A stretch of 64,000 bases of DNA from a virus (Duplodnaviria > Heunggongvirae > Uroviricota > Caudoviricetes). The position numbers were made by a program, and so were the translations under genes. Below, piece after piece: positions 10,001 through 20,300 of this stretch (positions are counted from its first letter, which is position 1; each line of letters starts with the position of its first letter). The notes beneath the pieces were generated by a model that had not been told where the DNA came from, did not search any database, and was given only the letters and a program-made list of their open reading frames with translations. The stretch is taken from positions 102,194-166,193 of the IMG/VR virus record IMGVR_UViG_3300040801_001810; one strand, given 5' to 3'.

Positions 10001-13000
10001 CTCTTCTGATGATGCTTGTTCTATTTTAGGATCACTAACAGTAGCGGTAGTTATATTCTCTGCATGTTTAAGTACTGTCATTATGTGAGATCTAAGCTTA
10101 GCTATCTGTGCTGCTTGTGCTCCACTCTTTGAGAGTGTTCTAAAGATCTGATCATTTTTTTCTTCAAACTTACCAAGAATACTATTAGCGGCTACTTGAG
10201 ATACAAGATTATTGTTAACAAGTTTTGATCTATAATATTCGTTTATATGTGTATAAACTTCAAAGATTTCTATAAGCGTTTTAATCCTAGCAGCATTTAT
10301 TAAATTGATCTTAGTTAGGTCTTGATTCTCAAATATAATAGATTTACTAGATCCACTAATTCTAGTTTTAAATGATTCAAACTCATAATCCCATGTAGAT
10401 TTATTAGGGGCCTTTTCTCTAGGATTAGCAGCAATGTAAGCATCAATATATTCATTTATTGTATCATTAGTAAACTTTCCATCATCAAGATTATTAGTAG
10501 CTCTAGATAAAACAACTTGTGTATTTTCAAGCTTCTCAATTAATTCTTTTAATGTACCAGCATTAGAAGAGAAAGACTCTTTTAATAAAACATTCTCAAC
10601 TCCATTTTTAATATCTGGATCAAGTTTTTGTGATGCAGATATTAACTCGTCATACTTCTTAATGGATTCAGTGCTTTCAACAAGACTCATCATTGCATGG
10701 AGTTTACCAATTTTAGCATACTTTCCAACAGCAGAAGTAACATAACTTGCTATATCGTACTTACTATCTATTTGATTATATAAGTAAAAATCTGGTGATA
10801 AAAGAACTTCTCCAAATTGTGCTGGTATATCGAAATCTTTATAGCAGTTGACATGCACTTTAGTTTGATTGCTAGTTATTGTATCAATTTTCTTAGAGCC
10901 AAAGATATCTTCTGTGAATAGTTTATTTCTAATAACAGGATCTCTAACAACATCGTTGGCAAGTATACCAGCAATAGATGAATTAAATGATTCGATCATT
11001 CCAACCATAGATGAACCAGCAGTATTAATAACTGCATTCTTAGCAAATTCCCCAGCAAGGTCAATTCCTATTAGTCCTATTGCTCCAATACCAATTAGAG
11101 AAGCAGCAATTATCGGTAATACAGCCGCTCCTGTAAAGAAAAGACCAACTGCAATTCCAATACCAACAGCAGTTCCTTGAGTTCCGATTGAATCTAAGAT
11201 CTTTGTAAATAAAGATTTATTTGGTTGTATCAGATTAATAATAATATCTGCTTGTTGTTCCATTACAGAGTCAAACTTACTAATAATAAATTTAATAATT
11301 TTATCTACTTCTGGATATTCATTAGCAATTTTATTAAGAGCGTTAGTAGCAGTTGCATTAATATCATTAATCATTATTGAAGAACCAAGAATTTCTTTAC
11401 TTTGCTTATCAATAACATTTGCAGCAGCTGCACCAATTACCTCATTAGAAGTAACCTCAGAATTAATTGGTAATTTATTATTCTTAGATAGGGATCTTTT
11501 ATTCTGTGCTTCGGCTATAACCTGGTTAATATAATTGATAACTCTTTTGCCATGAGAAGACAGGAAGAATCTTGATCTAATTATATCGTCAAGACTTGGT
11601 TCTTCTATCTCATCATTATTCACTATACCAAAAGTTTTAACTACGTATCTATTATTTTCTATTTCAGTAGCAGCCAGAAGCTTAGCAAAACTGGTAATCT
11701 GTATATCATCGGATGACTCTTGATCAATTGAGTGATAGTCTTGTATAGTAAATTTAGCCTGAGTTAAACTTAAGTTAGTAGACCACGAGCCTGGCTGTTC
11801 TTGTATATTGGTTGAGTTAGATGTATCATACACAACTTTATCTACACCAAATACTTTGAATACATGATGGAGAGGAACATCAACAATTATTCTACTATCT
11901 AGATATGTTATTAGTTCAGGAGCAGTATATGTAATAATCTTAACAGTCTCTTGTAATCTTTCCGATAATAGAGATAATTTTGTCTTAAGATCTTCTACTT
12001 CATTTGAATTAACTGAAGTTATATTTAGAGACATATTAATATCATCATGTCCGATATGTTGATAATAAGGATATTTATATGCAGACAAAGTTATTGGTAT
12101 AAACTTATTATTAAAAGTAAGAGACCAACTTATAGTTATATCTTTAGCATTATCTATAATAATAGTATCTTCAGTAATAGGTAATCTAAATGTTTTAAAT
12201 GGAGACTCTGCCCCTGGATCAGCTCTAGCTATTACAATACTATCACTAGAACCTACTCCTAGTTCAGTTAGAATTGTCTGTCTTAGATTAAATAAGAAAG
12301 CAGCAAAACTAGATTTTTTATCTTCAACTTCTGCTTTTGATCCTTTTTCTAACCATGCCCAAATCTTATCAATAGCAGCTTGAGCTGTAGTAACACCAGC
12401 TGCATTTTCAATAGGAGTAACGCCTGTCTCATAATGTAATACTCCTCTTAAAAGTCCAGGAACGTCAACAGTATCTTTCTCAAACTTCCCTTGTACTAAA
12501 TCAGTAACCTGATTAAATAGAACTGTGGATTGTTCGAAACCAACTTTTCGTGATAGCCCTCTCATCAACAATCCAAATGTTGATTGAATTGGTTTAGTAG
12601 TATCATCAGAATCTAGTGTAATACCTTGACTGGCTAAGAGAGTCGGTATTATATTATTAAACTGATTAAATTTAACTGATACTTCATTAAAGAAATCTTG
12701 CTTAGTAAGAAAAGTATTAACTATCTGTCTAACCAGACCAGTCTTATCTTGTATCTGATCAAGAGTACTATTTAATTGTTGTAGTGTATCTACTTGAACA
12801 TCAAATCGTTCATTTGATATCTGAGAAGCTATGTCTCTAAAGGATCCATTAAAGTATCTGTACTTAAATTTAATTGGCTTCTTATTATCTTCTGCTTTAT
12901 AGCTATATAGAAAGTTCTCTCTATTATTTGGTCTTAGTTTTTCAAGAGAATATGCATCTTTAATTATTTCTCCATTAGAGAATACTGGGATGTTATTTCC

Positions 13001-14173
13001 ATTCTCATCCTTAACATAATTTCTATCACCAATAAGACTTTGATAGAATGCTCTAAATGGTAAGCTTTCCTTAAAATTTGGTGATCTATCAATAGTAATA
13101 CCTAATACATCTTCTGCTCTCTCTGGTACTACTGATTCGTCATTAAGCTTAGCTTCAGCCTTAGCAAGTAGATCCTTAAGAAATTGATCTTTATACAGAA
13201 TATCTTGTTGATATTTAACATCTTTAAATGTAGCAAGACCTTCGAATGGGCCATTAATAGCTTTAGGATCAAATGGTAGAAAAGTTACCTGAGCTTGAAG
13301 TGTATTAGGAAATCCTTCAACTGATTGTATATGAATACTTTCTAAAGCAACAGATACCCATTGATTAGGCCACGAAGTACCAGAACAGATTTCTTTAAAG
13401 AACGAGCATATATCTTTATTACGAATATTAACAAAAGGAGTTCTCTTAAACATAGCAAACAGATTTAACAATTGATAGTTAATAGAATCTTCATTAGGAA
13501 ATATTAAAGATATAGAAATATTCTTAACCTGTTGCATTGTTGGTATCTTTGGATTACCAGCTGTACGAACAGTAGGAAAATATTGATAACCATTCTGTGT
13601 ATTAAATGATATCTGAGTAGGATCTACTAAAAATCCTAGATCACCAACTTGGAGATAACCGTCTGTTAGCTTTCCAATCTTATCAGATAAGAATCTAGCC
13701 TCATTCTGTCTATCCTCCGCTGATTTATTCTCAGCGGAATTTTCTTTTAATATAGAATTAAGTTCTTCTAAAGAAGTATTATTAATTGAGCTAAGATTTG
13801 GTCTGATAACTCTAAATATTCTAGTTGGATTAGATAATTGTGCTTGATCTTGGGGAGGTAATTCTGGCCACGCATTAAATGTATTATCAGGGAATGTAAT
13901 AGTAACAACATACACTCTATTAGAATGCATGATTATATCGCCAGATCGTAAGTTTCTGACATTAATAGGTTTATCGCCATCAAGATCAACTTTTACTTTA
14001 AGATACTTAGAGTAAGCGATTGGAATTAATGATCTTATAGTCTTAATTTTATTCTGGTTATTTATTTGATTAGCACTAGACTCCGTATTAAACGGATCTT
14101 TTTTAGTTAAAATTAAGTGAAGGGTTGCGCCTAGGTTTTCAGGATTAACAGGCTTTACAACAGCATTATTCAT
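7004..14173 (-). CDS. Giant baseplate hub protein fused to tube-initiator-like modules
   Basis: 2389 aa; hub motifs IKPGTSILIKMGYG, FQGRIIEM, SVWEAMKELC and YQGTIEIIGD..IQPYDILHIDD..GTVEVEEVIHSFTPERGFRTIITP (gp27/gpD-like); two N-terminal tube-fold-like segments. Confidence 0.7.
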   Translation of the reverse strand: MNNAVVKPVNPENLGATLHLILTKKDPFNTESSANQINNQNKIKTIRSLIPIAYSKYLKVKVDLDGDKPINVRNLRSGDIIMHSNRVYVVTITFPDNTFNAWPELPPQDQAQLSNPTRIFRVIRPNLSSINNTSLEELNSILKENSAENKSAEDRQNEARFLSDKIGKLTDGYLQVGDLGFLVDPTQISFNTQNGYQYFPTVRTAGNPKIPTMQQVKNISISLIFPNEDSINYQLLNLFAMFKRTPFVNIRNKDICSFFKEICSGTSWPNQWVSVALESIHIQSVEGFPNTLQAQVTFLPFDPKAINGPFEGLATFKDVKYQQDILYKDQFLKDLLAKAEAKLNDESVVPERAEDVLGITIDRSPNFKESLPFRAFYQSLIGDRNYVKDENGNNIPVFSNGEIIKDAYSLEKLRPNNRENFLYSYKAEDNKKPIKFKYRYFNGSFRDIASQISNERFDVQVDTLQQLNSTLDQIQDKTGLVRQIVNTFLTKQDFFNEVSVKFNQFNNIIPTLLASQGITLDSDDTTKPIQSTFGLLMRGLSRKVGFEQSTVLFNQVTDLVQGKFEKDTVDVPGLLRGVLHYETGVTPIENAAGVTTAQAAIDKIWAWLEKGSKAEVEDKKSSFAAFLFNLRQTILTELGVGSSDSIVIARADPGAESPFKTFRLPITEDTIIIDNAKDITISWSLTFNNKFIPITLSAYKYPYYQHIGHDDINMSLNITSVNSNEVEDLKTKLSLLSERLQETVKIITYTAPELITYLDSRIIVDVPLHHVFKVFGVDKVVYDTSNSTNIQEQPGSWSTNLSLTQAKFTIQDYHSIDQESSDDIQITSFAKLLAATEIENNRYVVKTFGIVNNDEIEEPSLDDIIRSRFFLSSHGKRVINYINQVIAEAQNKRSLSKNNKLPINSEVTSNEVIGAAAANVIDKQSKEILGSSIMINDINATATNALNKIANEYPEVDKIIKFIISKFDSVMEQQADIIINLIQPNKSLFTKILDSIGTQGTAVGIGIAVGLFFTGAAVLPIIAASLIGIGAIGLIGIDLAGEFAKNAVINTAGSSMVGMIESFNSSIAGILANDVVRDPVIRNKLFTEDIFGSKKIDTITSNQTKVHVNCYKDFDIPAQFGEVLLSPDFYLYNQIDSKYDIASYVTSAVGKYAKIGKLHAMMSLVESTESIKKYDELISASQKLDPDIKNGVENVLLKESFSSNAGTLKELIEKLENTQVVLSRATNNLDDGKFTNDTINEYIDAYIAANPREKAPNKSTWDYEFESFKTRISGSSKSIIFENQDLTKINLINAARIKTLIEIFEVYTHINEYYRSKLVNNNLVSQVAANSILGKFEEKNDQIFRTLSKSGAQAAQIAKLRSHIMTVLKHAENITTATVSDPKIEQASSEEKTIIKEIASKMRSGLASSTEENWLSLPDIKNIQSYLYNKIGYYIRLNTFIHEYNLNPTPNLNFDSLPELQFLKFWNFRSKEAADRKTEMLKQFMDQRLKRKDTTIKMFPAFKIYFIEEDKTFYPKNLDDYFSYDAIQSIEIVSNKSSAGKTAIIRLSNVTNTLTDRLSLFRERSDFAGNLNTPSNDDNLFFGTLDIKPGTSILIKMGYGPHDSLLDIAFQGRIIEMTSGPVVELVCQSYGAQLNHHVVAHKFGLLSTTKDHGDVASSILDMIPGLENLGKISTLGSVTHGDFTGRNIKNSRGKLADKFLMSNLLGGATANVFAQDNPRDENIYLPYSHILSKYHKPTFDWVIFDQSVWEAMKELCLYHRDTIPVVRSFNDDRISKKKQYRETLVIGEKSGYYKYTDAFALSSLNIKQIEQSIEQLPSVLNTIKNISLPDNISIASFFTGGLINPLIIKPEYKIVYTYLQKRLNALVLSQHILKNTELAGANDSLMETLSNLLGNNSSLPNAFGETITALLQFAEYSSVDEDDINTFDFKTDKELAKKFSLAVHNLYDLMFANWGPKVNTSLSAEDFYNVKSITDNIDPQLAKDPQYKKIQSHHLISDVTNLISNNIALSSNFANAVNLYYTNEPKLTSARLGDMSDAFISKKLQLWQTKAFGDLRDEHTRPLNSYQKNIDANWFDITKKNDKFFKEFRRIRDEEDSAKKINKYLGSSDKNKDIPNWQYFPSFVMVAVRLLQQEVEKMYQGTIEIIGDTSIQPYDILHIDDRLNDMIGTVEVEEVIHSFTPERGFRTIITPNLVTYDRNPIQLQDVQIINQIYDFYISRKRSQLVFAGVGAGIATAGGISAAGGNFIGGGVGALTGLSIFWNNTVNAYKKNHKFLYDMMGNILGRDCINFTALVYHGVPYVAGFNGVDYTNLKTLMNHNVLGVKSPIARFAAFSDPLKANITTNFNPDEYRGILWSIPGLPFTPEPSENFKSSLLGIVGSIPEAIAGGS

Positions 14174-14176
14174 TTA

Positions 14177-14359
14177 CTATTCCTTTAAGTTTCTTAAAGC
14201 AATTGGGCTTAGTGATAGAGGATCATCTACCTCAATGACATTAATCTTAGTTGGTTTTCCGTTTAACTTTGAGATTTCTCGTTCTAATAAACGTAAATAT
14301 TCTGAATAATCTTGGCCGTCATCGACATTGATTGATATATTTGCTTCAACTACACTCAC
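14177..14359 (-). CDS. Small hypothetical protein (60 aa)
   Basis: GTG start overlapping the TGA of the upstream gene (GTGA), AGGAG SD upstream. Confidence 0.6.
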   Translation of the reverse strand: MSVVEANISINVDDGQDYSEYLRLLEREISKLNGKPTKINVIEVDDPLSLSPIALRNLKE

Positions 14360-17300
14360 AGATCTGCTCTCCTATCTAATTGGGATGAACCAAATTGTGG
14401 TATGTAACTAGTATAGTTCGAATAGTTATTATTTGGAGGACCGAAGAACGCTTGTCTGTTTTGATTTACAGTACCTACTGTATTATCAATCATCCTAGAT
14501 ATAACACTAGATCTCTGTCTCTTATTGTTTCTATTGCTATTTAATCTAATAAATGCCTGTTTAGAGAATGAAGCATCAACCATATCAAGAGGAATATTTC
14601 TATTTAATTCTACTGAGGAGCTAATAGCATTATGCGAACCATCAATATCAACACCAAGATCAGTAAATGCATCTAATGGATTAGCTGAATTAGATAACTG
14701 ATTAGGTTTAAAGAAAGTGGCAGCCATATATATACCAGCAGCAATAGCCCCAACTTTCCCTCCCTTTTTAAAGAAGGATCTAGCATTAGGTGTATCCAGT
14801 TTAAATTTTTTAGATAACTGATCTCCTAACTCTGATACTGCTGATCTAGTAGGTGCTGGTACAGAGAATTTATTCTCTAACATGAAATCCTTCTCAGCAG
14901 CAGATATTATTATATCAGCTATATTTGCATTATCTCTAACTAGATCAATATTATCAAATGATCTTTTCATATCAAATAACTGAGATCCTCTTGGAGCGAT
15001 TTCTTCCATTTCTCTCATTATACCAATAGATTTTTTATAGTAAGATTGTCCTTCATCTGCTCCATACATATCAGTAAATAGATTTTTAAGCGAATTCTTA
15101 TCTTCTCTAGTAGAATTTTTTGGATCTAAGAAGACCTTAGCAGCAGAAGCAAGTCTTCCAAAATCAGCATTAGGATGCTTTGCCAAACTAATAAACGTCT
15201 GGGCAATACCAGCATAACCATGATTTAAGTTGCCCATTAGCGCTTTAGCAGCTACACTATCTTTTCCAATAAGTCCTGCTTGTAATAATTGTCTTGATCT
15301 AGTGTAAGCAACATTTGTCATTAGTCCTATTACATTCTTTGATACCGCAGTATGAGCAACTCTATCCATTTGATTACCAATATACTTTGCAGTAATAACA
15401 TTAGGATTGTGCAGCTGAATAGTCTTAATGTTTTCAGCAAATGATTGAAAGTCATTAGCAAACATTGTCATAGTTTTTTGGGAATTAATATCCATACTCT
15501 TAGTAATAAAATTACCTTGATCATCAAAGCCTCCCATTAAGACTCCATCTTTAGTTCCAGGAGTAATATCCATTAAGAACATCTTCTCTTTTAAACTATC
15601 TCTTAATGATTTAACTACGCCTTGTTTAGCAGAAACTACAGAGTCTAAAGCTTTTCCTAGTGATGCAGAATGTTCTGCACCATAACCCATTAGAGATTCA
15701 GCTGTCTTGAGACCTTTCATTACAAAATACGCAACATCACCATCAAAGTCAGCTCCAAACAACTTAGTATATTGAGCATGTACTTGAGCTTCATTAGCAT
15801 TCATTCCAAGGAACTCACCGACTTCTTGTGGAATTATATTTAACCGCATATCTAGTACAGCATCAGTTGCAGATTGTACGTTAGGATGACGAGTCATATA
15901 TCCATATAGATATTCTTCTCCTCTCATTATACTAGATATTTTACCAGCATTATCTGGTCCAAATACTCGAGCAAGATGTTCAGTAGCTTTAACTACATTA
16001 TTAGCTTTATTAATTTGCATTGGAAGCTCAAAATTTTTAAAGAACGCATCTGTTACATATACATCAGAAAGATTAGATTTAGATGTTAGTCTTTTAATTA
16101 ATTGATTTGCTTGTGTAACGCTTCCTTTAAACTGATCTCCAAAAGTAGCAAATCCTCCACGTCTTTGAATATCTAAAGCCTTTTCAATTATATCTGCCGC
16201 TCCTCTAATAGGTGCTTGAACTCCACGAGGAGCAAGCTCATTAGCTCTAGCATATACAGAAGAAGAATCCATTAAGAATCCTTGATTCATATAGTTTAGA
16301 TATTGTCTCTTTAGAAAACTCTCTGCTGTTCTTACATCAGTTTGTCCTTTACTACCAGATCTCATTTCAGATAGTACAGATTCATAATGTTTAGCTGCTT
16401 CAATAACTTTATACTGTTGTTTATTTCCTTGGCTTAAATATCCAATAGAAAGATCTTTACCATAAGGATTAAGTACATTGTATATATTTTGAGGAGACGT
16501 GTCAGCGTGCATTACTAGTTTACGTAATCTAACAACTTTATTAGTTTCATCTATGCTTTCAACTATTCCTTTACTTGGATCCTTAGCTGAATCATACATA
16601 GTCTTAAACATAGACATCATTTTATTCTCTTGCTGAATCGCCATCTGTGGATCAAGCTCTGAGTTCTTAAGCATGTCAGCTATATGAAATTCAAATGCTC
16701 CTCCAAGTTCTTTCTTAGCAGAATAAGCAAAGACGCCTTTATCCTTAGCCATTGCAGCCCATGACTGTACAGCAGACATTGAAACAAAGTTTTTATTATT
16801 TTCAAATGATTCGGCAAGTTTTGATGTTTGTAATTCATGAATGATTGACTTAACAGCTTTCTCTAAGTCTTCCCCACTTCGACCTTCTTCTGCAAGCATG
16901 GCAGAAACGTGCTGTATCATTTCAGCTTCAGCAGTATCACTATTAATAATTCGTCCAAGCTTATTAAGATCAAGTCTATTAACTCTATCTAATAGTTTAT
17001 TAATATCTTTTATATTAAGTTCCATATTAGAAGTAGAGACTGCTCTAGATAGCAACACATCTTTAAATCTATCCATGGTTCTTCTAGCAGATGCAAATCT
17101 TTTGTCTTTAAGGAATCGTCTACTTGTTTTTAAATCATCAATAGTAGAGCGAGATACATGACCAAAAGGAGTATCTATTAATGAAAGTAAACCCCCACGT
17201 AATTTTAAATCAGTTGGTTTAGGTTGTCTTCCCTTCATTATATTATAAATTGCTCCACGTTGTCTATGTCTGAACCCAGGAATAAAAGGAGAGTCGTCTC

Positions 17301-20300
17301 TATCCGTCCATTTCTGAATTGGTTCTAAGAACATAGGAATCTTAGCTCCTTCATCTATTCTTTTAATATCTGGAAGGAAGTATGTCTTAAGTGTTGGGGT
17401 CATACTTTCTTTTATATTAACTAAGTCGTCTCTATGAAAACTAGATAAGGCTCCTTTTGAATTGCTAAGTGTTGCATCTATATCTTTAGTTGAGTTCCTA
17501 ACTGTTTGATTAATCCAATCTTCAATATTCTTTCTACCAGATTTCATTACATTATCAGAACCAACTGCATCTGAGTCAGCCCACATTCCATACCAGTTCT
17601 GTGCTTTTTGTTTATCCCAAATTATTCCAGCATCAACCATATAACCATTAAGTTTCTCTATAGAAAGATCAATATTACCAATAAATTTCTTAGCAACAGC
17701 AAGTTCTTTTGGATCAGTTATATTCTTAAATTTAATATTAGTCTCTGGATTATGAATAATAACACCACGCTTCTTATCAAAGCTTGAATTAATTTCAGTA
17801 GATATCTTTTTGATTACCTTCTCAGCTCTAGTTTTCTCTGCTTGAGTGCCAGTCTCTGTTTGATCCAAAAGCTTGTCAAATACCTTTTCTATTAAGGCGT
17901 TCTTTTGTGCACCTACATATCCTTTTTCTATAAAGTCTGCTGTAGAAACATGCTCAGCACCACCCATAGCAATTCCAAGAGATAACCATTTATCTACTAC
18001 TCCAGTGCTCTTAGTAAGCAATGATCTATAGTTAAAAGTAACATGATTAAAATCTGAACCAGCTGCTGTAAATAATAGGTTGCCGTGAACTTTAATCTTA
18101 CCAGCTGTATCTCTATCTATCATGACGTTTCTTAATACACCATCTAGTTCAGCTTTAGTAGTAACAAAGCTTTTATCTCCTTGAGCCATAGTTAAACTTG
18201 TGCCTCTAGGAATATCAATAGTTAATCCTTTAGAATCCATATCTGCTTGAACGTCTTTTAGCGCAATATCCCAATGTGATTTTTTAACTGAACCGCCGTC
18301 CAGATCAGCTAGTTCCTTAACTCTTTTTCTAACTCTTCCCTCAAGATCTAGTACTCTTTTACTAAGATGAGGATCCGCAGATGTCCATTGAGCAGAAGTT
18401 AAATCAACATTTTTTTCGATATGAAATTGATGTCTATCAAATACTTTTTGAGAGAAGGCATTATATCCTTCTTGTCCTCTCCAAGAATTAAATACTGATA
18501 CGCTATCTGTCATGATATGATGAGAGAACTCATTCGTCATTGCGTCAGATTTAAGTTTCCATCCAGCGGCATCTATTTCGCCTTGAGAAATAAATGATGG
18601 TCTAAAATACTTTCTATGCATTGCTCTTTTTTCAAGGTCAGTTCTTCCTTTCATAGATTTCATGAATTGGCTGCTTACTCTATTCTTAATACCCATATAA
18701 AACTGATCCCATTGTTTAGTCATTGGGTTATCAGAGTTTGGGATCAAGTGGTTAGGAGAGAACATAGACATAGTTTGTTTAGCTATCTGTCCTTGACCTA
18801 GTAATGATGCAGATGCGAATTCTCCATGAATGGTATATCCTCGTTCTAGATACTTAGCCTCTTCAAAGCTTTCATCAAGACCCATTATTCGTTTACCATC
18901 TAAAAGGAACTTTTGTAGTTCACTAAGATTCTTATATGATTTTTCACCAGATTGAAACTTGTTAATTTCATCGATTAACATCACATTAGTAAATAAACTA
19001 TCAACAACAGGAGAAGCATGTGCTTGAGATAAGAATCCCTTTTGTGCCCAATCAGTAAGCATCTCGTCACCAATTATAATATTACCCTTACGTCTAAAAT
19101 GATCAATAGCTTTTCTTATCTGACCAGGTTTATCAATATTAATTGGATCGGTGCCTTGTCTACCCATCATTCTCATAATAACTTTATTAAGAGCAAGAGA
19201 TCCTTCTCCACCAAATCCTAACTTCTGATAGTATGCTATACTATGAACGTCTATAAATTTTAAATACTTTTGTAATTTAGCCCATGCCTTTGGTGCTTTA
19301 TTCTTTAGCATATGTAGATCAAATTGAGAACCATTCTTAGTAGTAAAGAATACTTTCTTATTGGCAGCTACTGCGGCTTCAACTTGTCTTAGAATAGATT
19401 CACCAATATGTTCAGCAAAATCCATATTATCTTTAAATTTAGGTGCTCCTCTAGATGTTCTAAAGTTCTCAGCTTGTCTTCTAATTTGTTGTCCCCAGGC
19501 TTCTCCTACTTCATCAGGAGTAGTAAGATGAGCAGATTTATCACCAAGTTCACGTCTTAGCCATGAAGCAGTATCTTCTGTCCATCCATACTTTTTCATT
19601 TGATAGTATCCATGATCAGATACAAATTCATCAGCTCCAGTATGAACTAATTTACCATTCTTAAATTCAGACGACACAACTCCTGCTTTAGTTAACTGAG
19701 TATATTCGTCTCGAGCCATCCACTCTGGACCAGGAAGATCTCTAGAGATACTTTCAAAGTCAAACGTAATATTAACTACGTCTTCTCTATTCTTAATAGC
19801 TGTAGCTAGTGTTCCAAGATTTTGCATTGACTCATGAGCATTACCTAATCTAAGTAACTGATTCTTAGTAAATTTACTTTCTGTAACAAGTCTACCTGCT
19901 TTGAACGAGTCTCTAATAGTGCCCTCAGCTAATGGGGAATCTTCTAGAAGATTATTCATTGAAAAATGTATTCTTCTAATAGCTTTATCAGGATTAATAG
20001 AAAATTCGTTTTCCATCATATTACTATCAAGAATATCATTTAGTGCTCTAATCATCTGTTGTGATTTATTTTCGATATCCTCATTTATTCTAAGATCTTT
20101 ACCAAGAGAATGTTTTTTGTTAAGACGTCTAATGGCGTCTCCTTCTGTCTTTAGATAGAAACCATCTAACATCTCTGTTACGCTTGGAGTTGATCCTGGA
20201 ATTCTACCATGTTGAGCAAGAGGAATCTCAGTTGAGAACCGCCCCTTCGTATTATGTTCAAATGAAACTTTAGCATAATACTTAGGATCAGTGGCGCTAC

